The notes under the pieces are model-generated. The model saw only the letters and a list, made by a program, of their open reading frames with translations. It did no database searches and was not told where the DNA came from. A DNA stretch of 64,000 nucleotides from Eledone cirrhosa (lineage: Eukaryota): contig OZ024740.1 of assembly GCA_964016885.1 (NCBI GenBank), positions 430,280,001-430,344,000 on the forward strand, written 5' to 3'. Positions 29,301 through 43,900 of this stretch are shown here, in pieces. The position numbers were made by a program, and so were the translations under genes. Numbering within the stretch: position 1 is the stretch's first letter; the number at the start of each line of letters is the position of its first letter.

Positions 29301-32300
29301 AAATATTGTTCAGAGGGTAACACTAACCCTAACACTCTCAATGTTGTTTAGAGGATAATACTAACACTAACCCTCTAAATATTGTTCAGAGGGTAACACT
29401 AACCCTAACACTCTCAATGTTGTTTAGAGGGTAACACTAACCCTAACCCTCTAAATATTGTTTAGAGTGTAACACTAACCCTAACCTTCTAAATGTTGTT
29501 TAGAGGATAACACTAACCCTAACACTCTAAATATTGTTTTTTAGGGTAACACTAACCCTAACCTTCTAAATATTGTTTAGAGGGTAACACTAACCCTAAC
29601 CCTCTAAATATTGTTTAGAGGGTAACACTAACCCTAACCGTCTAAATATTGTTTAGAGGATAACACTAACCCTAACATTCTAAATATTGTTTAGAGGGTA
29701 ACACTAACCCTAACCCTTTAAATATTGTTTAGAGGGTAACACTAACCCTAACCCTCTAAATATTGTTTAGAGGGTAACACTAACCCTAACACTCTAAATA
29801 TGGTTTAGAGGGTAACACTAACCCTAATCTTCTAAATATTGTTTAGAGGGTAACACTAACCCTAACCCTCTAAATGTTGTTTAGAGGATAACACTAACCC
29901 TAACCTTCTAAATATTGTTTAGAGGGTAACACTAACCCTAACCCTCTAAATATTGTATAGAGGGTAACACTAACCCTAACCTTCTAAATGTTGTTTAGAG
30001 GATAACACTAACCCTAACCTTCTAAATATTGTTTAGAGGGTAACACTAACCCTAACCTTCTAAATATTGTTTAGAGTATAACACTAACCCTAACCTTCTA
30101 AATATTGTTTAGAGGATAACACTAACCCTAACCTTCTAAATATTGTTTAGAGGGTAACACTAACCCTAACCTTCTAAATATTGTTTAGAGGATAACACTA
30201 ACCCTAACCCTCTAAATATTGTTTAGAGGGTAACACTAACCCTAACCTTCTAAATATTGTTTAGAGGGTAACACTAACCCTAACCTTCTAAATATTGTTT
30301 AGAGGGTAACACTAACCCTAACCCTCTAAATATTGTTTCGAGGGTAACACTAACCCTAACCTTCTAAATATTGTTCAGAGGGTAACACTAACCCTAACCC
30401 TCTAAATATGGTTTAGAGGGTAACACAAACCCTAACCTTCTAAATATTGTTTAGAGGGTAACACAAACCCTAACCCTCTAAATATTGTTTAGAGGGTAAA
30501 ACTAATCCTAACCCTCTAAATATTGTTTAGAGGGTAACACAAACCCTAACCCTCTAAATATTGTTTAGAGGGTAAAACTAACCCTAACCCTCTAAATATT
30601 GTTTAGAGGGTAACACTAACCCTAACCCTCTAAATATTGTTTCGAGGGTAACACTAACCCTAACCTTCTAAATATTGTTCAGAGGGTAACACTAACCCTA
30701 ACCCTCAAAATATGGTTTAGAGGGTAACACAAACCCTAACCTTCTAAATATTGTTTAGAGGGTAACACAAACCCTAACCCTCTAAATATTGTTTAGAGGG
30801 TAAAACTAACCCTAACCCTCTAAATATTGTTCAGAGGGTAACACTAACCCTAACACTCTAAATATTGTTTAGAGGGTAACACAAACCCTAACCTTCTAAA
30901 TATTGTTTAGAGGGTAACACAAACCCTAACATTCTAAATATTGTTTAGAGGGTAAAACTAACCCTAACCCTCTAAATATTGTTTAGAGGGTAACACTAAC
31001 CCTAACCCTCTAAATATTGTTTAGAGGGTAACACTAACCCTAACCCTCTAAATATTGTTCAGAGGGTAACACTAACCCTAACCCTCTAAATATGGTTTAG
31101 AGGGTAACACTAACCCTAACCTTCTAAATATTGTTTAGAGGGTAACACTAAACCTAACCCTCTAAATGTTGTTTAGAGGGTAACACTAAACCTAACCTTC
31201 TAAATATTGTTTAGACGGAAACACTAACCCTAACCCTCTAAATATTGTTTAGAGGGTAACACTAACCCTAACCCTCTAAATATTGTTCAGAGGGTAACAC
31301 TAACCCTAACCCTCTAAATATGGTTTAGAGGGTAACACTAACCCTAACCTTCTAAATATTGTTTAGAGGGTAACACTAACCCTAACCCTCTAAATATTGT
31401 TCAGAGGGTAACACTAACCCTAACCCTCGAAATATGGTTTAGAGGGTAACACTAACCCTAACGTTCTAAATATTGTTTAGAGGGTAACACTAACCCTAAC
31501 CCTCTAAATGTTGTTTAGAGGGTAACACTAACCCTAACCATCTAAATATTGTTTAGAGAGTAACACTAACCCTAACCCTCTATATATTGTTAAGAGGGTA
31601 ACACTAATCCTAACCCTCTAAATTTTGTTTAGAGGGTAACACTAACCCTAATCTTCTAAATGTTGTTTAGAGGGTAACACTAACCCTAACCTTCTAAATA
31701 TTGTTTAGAGAGTAACACTAACCCTAACCCTCTAAATATTGTTTAGAGGGTAACACTAATCCTAACCCTCTAAATATTGTTTAGAGCGAAACACTAACCC
31801 TAACCCTCTAAATATTGTTTAGAGAGTAACACTAACCCTAACCCTCAAAATATTGTTTAGAGGGTAACACTAACTCTAACCCTCTAAATCTTGTATAGAG
31901 GTTAACACTAACCCTAAATTTCTAAATATTGTTTAGAGGGTAACAGTAACCCTAACCCTCTAAATATTGTTTAGAGTGTAACACTAACCCTAACACTCTA
32001 AATATTGTTTAGAGGGTAACACTAACCCTAACCTTCTAAATATTGTTTAGAGGGTAAAACTACCCCTAACCTTCTAAATGTTGTTTAAAGGGTAACACTA
32101 ACCCTGACCTTCTAAATGTTGTTTAGAGTATAACACTAACCCTAACCCTCTAAATATTGTTTAGAGGGTAACACTAACCCTAACATTCTAAATATTGTTT
32201 AGAGGGTAACACTAACCCTAACCTTCTAAATATTGTTTAGAGGGTAACACTAACCCAAACCCTCTAAATATTGCTTCGAGGGTAACACTAACCCTAACAC

Positions 32301-33362
32301 TCTAAATATTGTTTAGAGGGTAACACAAACCCTAACCTTCTAAATATTGTTTAGAGGGTAACACTAACCCTAACCCTCTAAATATTGTTTAGAGGGTAAC
32401 ACTAACCCTAACCCTCTAAATATTGTTTAGAGGGTAACACTAACCCTAACCCTCTAAATATTGTTCAGAGGGTAACACTAACCCTAACCCTCTAAATATG
32501 GTTTAGAGGGTAACACTAACCCTAACCTTCTAAATATTGTTTAGAGGGTAACACTAAACCTAACCCTCTAAATGTTGTTTAGAGGATAACACTAAACCTA
32601 ACACTTTAAATATTGTTTTTTAGGGTAACACTAACCCTAAACTTCTAAATAATGTTTAGAGGATAACACTAACCCTAACCTTCTAAATATTGTTTAGAGG
32701 GTAACACTAACCCTAACCCTCTAAATATTGTTTAGAGGGTAACACTAACCCTAACCTTCTAAATATTGTTTAGAGGGTAACACTAACCCTCTCCCTCTAA
32801 ATATTGTTTAGAGGGTAACACTAACCCTAACCCTCTAAATATTGTTTAGAGGGTAACACTCACCCTAACCTTCTAAATATTGTTTAGAGGGTAACACAAA
32901 CCCTAACCTTCTAAATATTGTTTAGAGGGTAACACTAGCCCTAACCTTCTAAATATTGTTTAGAGGGTAACACTAACCCTAACACTCTAAATGTTGTTTA
33001 GAGGATAACACTAACCCTAACCTTCTAGATATTGTTTAGAGCGTAACACTAACCCTAACCCTCTAAATATTGTTTAGAGGGTAACACTAATCCTAACCCT
33101 CTAAATATTGTTTAGAGGATAACACTAACCCTAAACTTCTAAATATTGTTTAGAGGGTAACACTAACCCTAACCTTCTAAATATTATTTAGAGGGTTACA
33201 ATAACACTAACCCTCTAAATATTGTTTAGAGGGTAACACTAACCCAACTCTCTAAATCTTGTATAGAGGTTAACACTAACCCTAAACTTCTAAATATTGT
33301 TTAGAGGGTAACAGTAACCCTAACCCTCTAAATATTGTTTAGAGGGTAACACTAACCCTAAC
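23308..33362. repeat. Higher-order tandem duplication of ~5018 bp (~132 monomers) within the 38-bp satellite
   Basis: Rare monomer variants recur at an offset of 5018: CCGTCTAAA (G at 24622/29640), TGCTTCG (G at 27255/32273), CTAAATAATG (23331/28349). Confidence 0.9.
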
Positions 33363-36300
33363 ACTCTAAATATTGTTTAGAGGGTAACACTAACCCTAAC
33401 CTTCTAAATATTGTTTAGAGGGTAAAACTACCCCTAACCTTCTAAATGTTGTTTAAAGGGTAACACTAACCCTGACCTTCTAAATGTTGTTTAGAGGATA
33501 ACACTAACCCTAACCCTCTAAATATTGTTTAGAGGGTAACACTAACCCTAACCTTCTAAATATTGTTTAGAGGGTAACACTAACCCTAACCTTCTAAATA
33601 TTGTTTAGAGGGTAACACTAACCCTAACCCTCTAAATATTGTTTCGAGGGTAACACTAACCCTAACACTCTAAATATTGTTTAGAGGGTAACACAAACCC
33701 TAACCTTCTAAATATTGTTTAGAGGGTAACACTAACCCTAACCCTCTAAATATTGTTTAGAGGGTAACACTAACCCTAACCCTCTAAATATTGTTTAGAG
33801 GGTAACACTAACCCTAACCCTCTAAATATTGTTCAGAGGGTAACACTAACCCTAACCCTCAAAATATGGTTTAGAGGGTAACACTAACCCTAACCTTCTA
33901 AATATTGTTTAGAGGGTAACACTAAACCTAACCCTCTAAATGTTTTATTAAAGGGTAACACTAAACCTAACCTTCTAAATATTGTTTAGACGGTAACACT
34001 AACCCTAACCTTCTAAATATTGTTTAGAGGGTAACACTAACCCTAACCTTCTAAATATTGTTTAGAGGGTAACACTAACCCTAACCTTCTAAATAATATT
34101 TAGAGGATAACACTAACCCTAACCTTCTAAATATTGTTTAGAGGTTAACACTAACCCTAACCCTCTAAATATTGTTTAGAGGGTAACACTAACCCTAACC
34201 TTCTAAATAATATTTAGAGGATAACACTAACCCTAACCTTCTAAATATTGTTTAGAGGTTAACACTAACCCTAACCCTCTAAATATTGTTTAGAGGGTAA
34301 CACTAACCCTAACCTTCTAAATATTGTTTAGAGGGTAACACTAACCCTAACCCTCTAAATATTGTTTAGAGGCTAACACTAACCCTAACCCTCTAAATAT
34401 TGTTTAGAGGGTAACACTCACCCTAACCCTCTAAATATGGTTTAGAGGGTAACACTAACCCTAACCTTCTAAATATTGTTTAGAGGGTAACACTAACCCT
34501 AACCATCTAAATATTGTTTAGAGGGTAACACTAACCCTAACACTCTAAATGTTGTTTAGAGGATAACACTAACCCTAACCTTCTAAATATTGTTTAGAGC
34601 GTAACATTAACCCTAACCCTCTAAATATTGTTTAGAGGGTAACACTAATCCTAACCCTCTAAATATTGTTTAGAGGATAACACTAACCCTAACCTTCTAA
34701 ATATTGTTTAGAGGGTAACACTAACCCTAACCTTCTAAATATTGTTTAGAGGGTTACAATAACACTAACCCTCTAAGTATTGTTTAGAGGTTAACACTGA
34801 CCCTAACCTTCTAAATATTGTTTAGAGTGTAACACTAACCCTAACCCTCTAAATATTGTTTAGAGGGCAACACTAACCCTAACCTTCTAAATATTGTTTA
34901 GAGTGTAACACTAAACCTAACCCTCTAAATATTGTTTAGAAGTAACACTAACCCTAACCCTCTAAATATTGATAAGAGGATAATACTAACACTAACCCTC
35001 TAAATATTGTTCAGAGGGTAACACTAACCCTAACACTCTCAATGTTGTTTAGAGGGTAACACTAACCCTAACCCTCTAAATATTGTTTAGAGTGTAACAC
35101 TAACCCTAACATTCTAAATGTTGTTTAGAGGATAACACTAACCCTAACACTCTAAATATTGTTTTTTAGGGTAACACTAAGCCTAACCTTCTAAATATTG
35201 TTTAGAGGGTAACACTAACCCTAACCCTCTAAATATTGTTTAGAGAGTAACACTAATCCTAACCCTCTAAATATTGTTTAGAGGATAACACTAACCCTAA
35301 CATTCTAAATATTCTTTAGAGGGTGACACTAACCCTAAACTTCTAAATATTGTTTAGAGGGTAACACTAACCCTAATCTTCTAAATATTGTTTAGAGGGT
35401 TACACTAACCCTAACCCTCTAAATGTTGTTTAGAGGATAACACTAACTCTAACCTTCTAAATATTGTTTAGAGGGTAACACTAACCCTAACCCTCTAAAT
35501 ATTGTTTAGAGGGTAACACTAACCCTAACCTTCTAAATGTTGTTTAGAGGATAACACTAACCCTAACCTTCTAAATATTGTTTAGAGCGTAACACTAACC
35601 CTAACCCTCTAAATATTGTTTACAGGGTAACACTAATCCTAACCCTCTAAATATTGTTTACAGGGTAACACTAACCCTAACCGTCTAAATATTGTTCAGA
35701 GGGTAACACTAACCCTAACACTCTCAATGTTGTTTAGAGAGTAACACTAACCCTAACTCTTTAAATATTGTTTAGAGGGTAACACTAACCCTAATATTCT
35801 AAATATTGTTTAGAGAGTAACACTAACCCTAACCTTCTAAATATTGTTTAGAGGGTAACACTAACCCTAACCCTCTAAATATTGTTTAGAGGGTAACACT
35901 AACCCTAACCTTCTAAATATTGTTTAGAGAATAACACTAACCCTAACATTCTAAATATTGTTTAGAGAGTAACACTAACCCTAACCTTCTAAATATTGTT
36001 TAGAGGGTAACACTAACCCTAACCCTCTAAATATTGTTTAGAGGATAACACTAAACCTAACCTTCTAAATATTGTTTAGAGGGTAAGACTAACCCTAACA
36101 CTCTAAATGTTGTTTAGAGGATAACATTAACCCTAACCTTCTAAATATTGTTTAGAGGGTAACACTAACACTAACCCTCTAAATATTGTTTAGAGGGTAA
36201 CACTAACCCTAACCTTCTAAATATTGTTTAGAGGATAACACTAACCCTCACCCTCTAAATATTGTTTAGAGGGTAACACTAACCCTAACCCTCTAGATAT

Positions 36301-37964
36301 TGTTTAGAGGGTAACACTAACCCTAACCCTCTCAATATTGTTTAGAGGGTAACACTAACCCTAACCTTCTAAATATTGTTTAGAGGGTAACACCAACCCT
36401 AACCTTCTAAATATTGTTTAGAGGGTAACACTAACCCTAACCCTCTAGATATTGTTTAGAGTGTAACACTAACCCTAACCTTCTAAATATTGTTTAGAGG
36501 GTAACACTAACCCTAACCGTCTAAATATTCTTTAGAGAGTAACACTAACCCTAACATTCTAAATATTGTTTAGGGGGTAACACTAACCCTAACCTACTAA
36601 ATATTGTTTAGAGTGTAACACTAACCCTAACCCTCTATATATTGGTTAGAGGGTAACACTAACCCTAACCCTCTAAATATTGTTTAGAGGCTAACACTAA
36701 CCCTAACCCTCTAAATGTTGTTTAGAGGGTAACACTAACCCTAACCTTCTAAATATTGTTTAGAGGATAACACTAAACCTAACCTTCTAAATATTGTTTA
36801 GAGGGTAACACTAAACCTAACCCTCTAAATATTGTTTAGAGGGTAACACTAACCCTAACCTTCCAAATATTGTTTAGAGGATAACACTAACCCTAACCTT
36901 CTAAATATTGTTTAGAGGGTAACACTAACCCTAACCTTCTAAATATTGTTTAGAGGGTAACACTAACCCTAACCTTCTAAATATTGTTTAGAGGGTAACA
37001 CTAACCCTAACCTTCCAAATATTGTTTAGAGGATAACACTAACCCTAACCTTCTAAATATTGTTTAGAGGGTAACACTAACCCTAACCTTCTAAATATTG
37101 TTTAGAGGGTAACACTAACCCTAACCTTCTAAATATTGTTTAGAGGATAACACTAACCCTAACCCTCTAAATATTGATTAGAGGATAACACTAACCCTAA
37201 CCTTCTAAATATTGTTTAGAGGATAGCACTAGCCCTAACCTTCTAAATATTGTTTAGAGGATAACACTAACCCTAACCCTCTAAATATTGTTTAGAGGGT
37301 AACACTAACCCTAACCCTCTAGATATTGTTTAGAGGGTAACACTAACCCTAACCTTCTAAATATTGTTTAGAGGATAACACTAACCCTAACCCTCTAAAT
37401 ATTGTTTAGAGGGTAACACTAACCCTAACCCTCTAGATATTGTTTAGAGGGTAACACTAACCCTAACCTTCTAAATATTGTTTAGAGGGTAACACTAACC
37501 CTTACCCTCTAAATATTAGTTAGAGAGTAACACTAACCCTAACCCTCTAAATATTGTTTAGATGGTAACACTAACCCTAACCCTCTAAATGTTGTTTAGA
37601 GGGTAACACTAACCCTAACCTTCTAAATGTTGTTTAGAGGGTAACACTAACCCTAATCTTCTAAATATTGTTTAGAGGGTAACACTAACCTTAACCCTCT
37701 AAATATTGGTTAGAGGGTAACACTAACACTAACCCTCTAAATATTGTTTAGAGTGTAACACTAACCCTAACCCTCTAAATATTGTTTAGAGGGTAACACT
37801 AACCCTAACCCTCTAAATGTTGTTTAGAGGGTAACACTAACGCTAACCTTCTCAATGTTGTTTAGAGGGTAACACTAACCTTAACCCTCTAAATATTGGT
37901 TAGAGGGTAACACTAACCCTAACCCTCTAAATGTTGTTTAGAGGGTAACGCTAAGCCTAACCCT

Positions 37965-40900
37965 CCACCTTACAGGGTGACTGGATGCTTTTTGCTGTGG
38001 GACCAGCACTACCACCTTATAGGGTGACTGGATGCTTTCTGTTGTGGCACCAGCACTACCATCTTACAGGATGAGTGGATCCTTTTTGTTTGGCACCACC
38101 ACTACCACCTTACAGGGTGCACTGGGTGCTTTTCTTGTGGCACCAGCACTACCACCTTACAGGGTGACTGGATGCTTTTTTTTGTGGGACCAGCACTACC
38201 ACCTTACAGGGTGACTGGGTGCTTTTTTTTGTGGGACCAGCACTACCACCTTACAGGGTGACTGGGTGCTTTTTTTTGTGGGACCAGCACTACCACCTTA
38301 CAGGGTGACTGGGTGCTTTTTGTTGTGGCACCAGCACTACCACCTTACAGGGTGACTGGGTGCTTTTTGTTGTGGCACCAGAACTACCACCTTGCAGGGT
38401 GACTGGGTGCTTTTTGTTGTGGCACCAGCACTACCACCTTACAGGGTGACTGGGTGCTTTTTGTTGTGGCACCAGCACTACCACCTTACAGGGTGACTGC
38501 ATGCTTTTTGTTGTGGCACCAGCACTACCACCTTACAGGGTGACTGGATGCTTCTTCTTGTGGCACCAGCACTACCACCTTACAGGGTGCACTGGGTGTT
38601 TTTTGTTGTGGCACCAGCACTACCACCTTACAGGGTGACTGGATGCTTCTTGTTGTGGCACCAGCACTACCACCTTACAGGCTGCACTGGGTGCTTTTTT
38701 TGTGGGACCAGCACTACCACCTTACAGGGTGACTGGATGCTTCTTGTTATGGCACCAGCACTACCACCTTACAGGGTGCACTGGGTGCTTTTCTTGTGGC
38801 ACCAGCACTACCACCTTACAGGGTGACTGGAGGCTTTTTGTTGTGGCACCAGCACTACCACCTTACAGGGTGACTGGAGGCTTTTTGTTGTGGCACCAGC
38901 ACTACCACCTTACAGGGTGACTGGGTGCTTCTTGTTGTGGCACCAGCACTACCACCTTACAGGGTGACCGGTTGTTTTTTGTTGTGGCACCAGCACTACC
39001 ACCTTACAGGGTGACTGAGTGCTTTTTGTTGTGGCACCAGCACTACCACCTTACAGGGTGACTGGGTGCTTTTTGTTGTGGCACCAGCACTACCACCTTA
39101 CAGGGTGACTGAGTGCTTTTTGTTGTGACACCAGCACTACCACCTTACAGGTTGACTGGGTGCTTTTTGTTGTGACACCAGCACTACCACCTTACAGGGT
39201 GACTGGGTGCTTTTTTTGTGGGACCAGCACTCCCACCTTACAGGGTGACCGGATGATTTTTGTTGTGGCACCAGCACTACCGCCTTACAGGCTGCACTGT
39301 GTGCTTTTTGTTGTGGTACCAGCACTACCACCTTACAAGGTGACTGGGTGATTTTTGTTGTGGCACCAGCACTACCACCTTACAGGGTGACTGGATGCTT
39401 TTTGTTGTGGTACCAGCACTACCACCTTACAGGGTGACTGGGTGATTTTTGTTGTGGCACCAGCACTACGACCTTACAGGGTGACTGGATGCTTCTTGTT
39501 GTGGCACCAGCACTACCACCTTACAGGGTGACTGGGTGATTTTTGTTGTTGCACCAGCACTACCACCTTACAGGGTGACTGGATGCTTCTTGTTGTGGCA
39601 CCAGCACTACCACCTTACAGGGTGCACAGGGTGCTTTTTGTTGTGGCACCAGCACTACCACCTTACAGGGTGACTGGGTGCTTTTTTTTGTGGGACCAGC
39701 ACTACCACCTCACAGGGTGACTGGATGCTTTTTGTTGTGGTACCAGCACTACCACCTCACAGGCTGCACAGGGTGCTTTTTGTTGTGGCACCAGCACTAC
39801 CACCTTACAGGCTGACTGAATGCTTTTGGTTGTGGCACCAGCACTACCACCTTACAGGGTGACTGGGTGCTTTTTGTTGTGGCACCAGCACTACCACCTT
39901 ACAGGGTGACTGGGTGCTTTTGGTTGTGGCACCAGCACTACCACCTTACAGGGTGACTGGGTGCTTTTTGTTGTGGTACCAGCACTACCACCTTACAGGG
40001 TGACTGAATGCTTTTGGTTGTGGCACCAGCACTACCAGCTTACAAGGTGCACCAGGTGCTTTTGGTTGTGGCACCAGCACTACCACCTTACAGGATGACT
40101 GGATGTTTTTTGTTGTGGAACCAGCACTATCACCTTACAGGATGACTGGATTTTTTTTGTTGTGGCACCAGCACTACCACCTTACAGGATGACTGGGTGC
40201 TTTTTGTTGTGGCACCAGCACTATCACCTTACAGGTTGACTGGGTGCTTTTTGTTGTGGCACCAGCACTACCACCTTACAGGGTGACTGGAGGCTTTTTG
40301 TTGTGGCACCAGCACTACCACCTTACAGGTTGACTGGGTGCTTTTTGTTGTGGAACCAGCACTACCACCTTACAGGGTGACTGGAGGCTTTTTGTTGTGG
40401 CACCAGCACTACCACCTTACAGGTTGACTGGGTGCTTTTTGTTGTGGCACCAGCACTACCACCTTACAGGATGACTGGGTGCTTTTTGTTGTGGCACCAG
40501 CACTATCACCTTACAGGTTGACTGGGTGCTTTTTGTTGTGGCACCAGCACAACCACCTTACAGGGTGACTGGGTGATTTTTGTTGTGGTACCAGCACTAC
40601 CACCTTACAGGTTGACTGGGTGCTTTTTGTTGTGGCACCAGCACTACCACCTTACAGGGTGACTGGGTGATTTTTGTCGTGGCACCAGCACTACCACCTT
40701 ACAGGCTGACTGAGTGCTTTTTGTTTTAGCACCAGCACTACCACCTTACAGGGTGGCTGGATGCTTTTGGTTGTGGCACCAGCACTACCACCTTACAGGG
40801 TGACTGGATGCTTTTTGTTGTGGCACCAGCACTACCACCTTACAGGGTGCACTGGGTGCTTTTTGTTGTAGAACCAGCACTACCACCTTACAGGGTGCAC

Positions 40901-43900
40901 TGGGTGCTTTTTGTTGTGGCACTAGCACTACCACCTTACAGGGTGCACTGGGTGCTTTTTGTTGTGATGCCAGCACTACCACCTTAAAGGATGACTGGGT
41001 ACTTTTTGTTGTGGCACCAGCACTACCACCTTACAGGGTGCACTGGGTGCTTTTTGTTGTGGCACCAGCACTACCACCTTACAGGGTGCACTGGGTGCTT
41101 TTTGTTGTAGAACCAGCACTACCACCTTACAGGGTGCACTGGGTGCTTTTTGTTGTGGCACTAGCACTACCACCTTACAGGGTGCACTGGATGCTTTTTG
41201 TTGTGATGCCAGCACTACCACCTTAAAGGATGACTGGGTACTTTTTGTTGTGGCACCAGCACTACCACCTTACAGGGTGCACTGGGTGCTGTTTGTTGTG
41301 GCACTAGCACTACCACCTTACAGGGTGCACTACACATCCTTACAGTGTGAGTGGATGCTTTTTGTTGTGGCACCAGCACTACCACCTTACAGGGTGACTC
41401 GATGCTTTTTGTTGTGGCACCAGCACTACCACCTTACAGGGTGACTGGATGCTTTTTGTTGTGGCACCAGCACTACCACCTTACAGGGTGACTGGATGCT
41501 TTTTGTTGTGGCACCAGCACTACCACCTTACAGGCTGCACTGGATGCTTTTTGTAGTGGCACCAGCACTACCACCTTACAGGGTGACTGGATGCTTTTTT
41601 TTGTGGCACCAGCACTACCACCTTGCAGGGTGACTGGATGCTTTTTGTTGTGGCACCAGCACTACCACCTTACAGGGTGACTGGATGCTTTTTGTTGTGG
41701 CACCAGCACTACCGCCTTACAGGGTGCACTACACATCCTTACAGGGTGACTGGATGCTTTTTGTTGTGGCACCAGCACTACCACCTTACAGGGTGACTGG
41801 ATGCTTTTTGTTGTGACACCAGCACTACCACCTTACAGGCTCCACTGGGTGCTTTTTGTTGTGGCACCAGCACTACCACCTTACAGGGTGACCGGTTGTT
41901 TTTTGTTGTGGGACCAGCACTACCACCTTACAGGGTGACTGGGTGCTTTTTGTTGTGGGACCAGCATTACCACCTTACAGGCTGCACTGGGTGCTTTTTG
42001 TTGTGGCACCAGCACTACCACCTTACAGGGTGACTGGGTGCTTTTTGTTGTGGACCCAGCATTTCCACCTTACAGGCTGCACTGGGTGCTTTTTGTTTTG
42101 GCCACCAGCACTACCACCTTACAGGGTGACTGGGTGCTTTTTGTTGTGGCACGAGCATTACCACCTTACAGGGTGACTGGGTGCTTTTTGTTGTGGCACC
42201 AGCACTACCACCTTACAGGCTGCACTGGGTGCTTTTTGTTGTGGCACCAGCACTACCACCTTACAGGGTGACTGGATGCTTTTTGTTGTGGCACCAGCAC
42301 TACCACCTCACAGGCTGCACTGGGTGCTTTTTGTTGTGGCACCAGCACTACCACCTTACAGGGTGACTGGGTGCTTTTTGTTGTGGCACCAGCACTACCA
42401 CCTTACAGGGTGACTGGATGCTTTTTGTTGTGGCACCAGCACTACCACCTTACAGGGTGACTGGGTGCTTTTTGTTGTGGCACCAGCACTACCACCTTAC
42501 AGGGTGACCGGTTGTTTTTTGTTGTGGGACCAGCACTACCACCTTACAGGGTGACTGGGTGCTTTTTGTTGTGACACCAGTACTACCACCTTACAGGGTG
42601 ACCGGTTGTTTTTTGTTGTGGGACCAGCACTACCACCTTACAGGGTGACTGGGTGCTTTTTGTTGTGGCACCAGCACTACCACCTTACAGGGTGACTGGA
42701 TGCTTTTTGTTGTGACACCAGCACTACCACCTTACAGGGTGACTGGATGCTTTTTGTTGTGACACCAGCACTACCACCTTACAGGGTGACTGGATACTTT
42801 TTGTTGTGGCACCAGCACTACCACCTTACAGGGTGACTGGATGCTTTTTGTTGTGGCACCAGCACTACCACCTTACAGGCTGCACTGGATGCTTTTTGTT
42901 GTGGCACCAGCACTACCACCTTACAGGCTGCACTGGATGCTTTTTGTTGTGGCACCAGCACTACCACCTTACAGGGTGACTGGATGCTTTTTGTTGTGGC
43001 ACCAGCACTACCACCTTACAGGCTGCACTGGATGCTTTTTGTTGTGGGACCAGCACTACCACCTTACAGGGTGACTGGATGCTTTTTGTTGTGGCACCAG
43101 CACTACCACCTTACAGGGTGACTGGATGCTTTTTGTTGTGACACCAGCACTACCACCTTACAGGGTGACTGGATGCTTTTTGTTGTGACACCAGCACTAC
43201 CACCTTACAGGGTGACTGGATGCTTTTTGTTGTGGCACCAGCACTACCACCTTACAGGGTGACTGGATGCTTTTTGTTGTGGCACCAGCACTACCACCTT
43301 ACAGGCTGCACTGGATGCTTTTTGTTGTGGCACCAGCACTACCACCTTACAGGGTGACTGGATGCTTTTTGTTGTGACACCAGCACTACCACCTTACAGG
43401 GTGACTGGATGCTTTTTGTTGTGACACCAGCACTACAACCTTACAGGGTGACTGGATGCTTTTTGTTGTGGCACCAGCACTACCACCTTACAGGGTGCAC
43501 TGGATGCTTTTTGTTGTGATGCCAGCACTACCACCTTACAGGGTGACTGGATGCTTTTTGTTGTGATGCCAGCATTACCACCTTAAAGTGTGACTGGGTA
43601 CTTTTTGTTGTGGCACCAGCACTACCACCTTACAGGGTGCACTGGGTGCTTTTTGTTGTGGCACTAGCACTACCACCTTACAGGGTGCACTACACATCCT
43701 TACAGTGTGAGTGGATGCTTTGTGTTGTGGCACCAGCACTACCACCTTACAGGCTGCACTGGATGCTTTTTGTTGTGGCACCAGCACTACCACCTTACAG
43801 GGTGACTGGATGCTTTTTTTTGTGGCACCAGCACTACCACCTTACAGGGTGACTGGGTGCTTTTTGTTGTGGCACCAGCACTACCACCTTACAGGGTGAC

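Larger units (their letters stand above)
1..37965. repeat. 38-bp tandem satellite with telomere-like hexamers and an internal hairpin (~950 monomers; runs off the left window edge)
   Basis: Consensus ACACTAACCCTAACC(C/T)TCTAAATATTGTTTAGAGGGTA repeats head-to-tail with a 38-bp period (starts at 1, 39, 77...). It contains TAACAC-TAACCC-TAACCC (reverse complement of TTAGGG-like units) and the inverted repeat ACCCTCTAAA-tattg-TTTAGAGGGT. Copy number estimated from length/38. Confidence 0.97.

Noticed and set aside
1-37965. CRISPR array (palindromic ~38-bp repeats)
   Set aside because: Repeats are head-to-tail with no unique spacers, there are no cas genes, and the context is eukaryotic (spliceosomal donor, SINEs, LINEs).
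1-37965. True telomere tract
   Set aside because: Never more than two or three consecutive TAACCC-like units; it is a satellite containing telomeric motifs.
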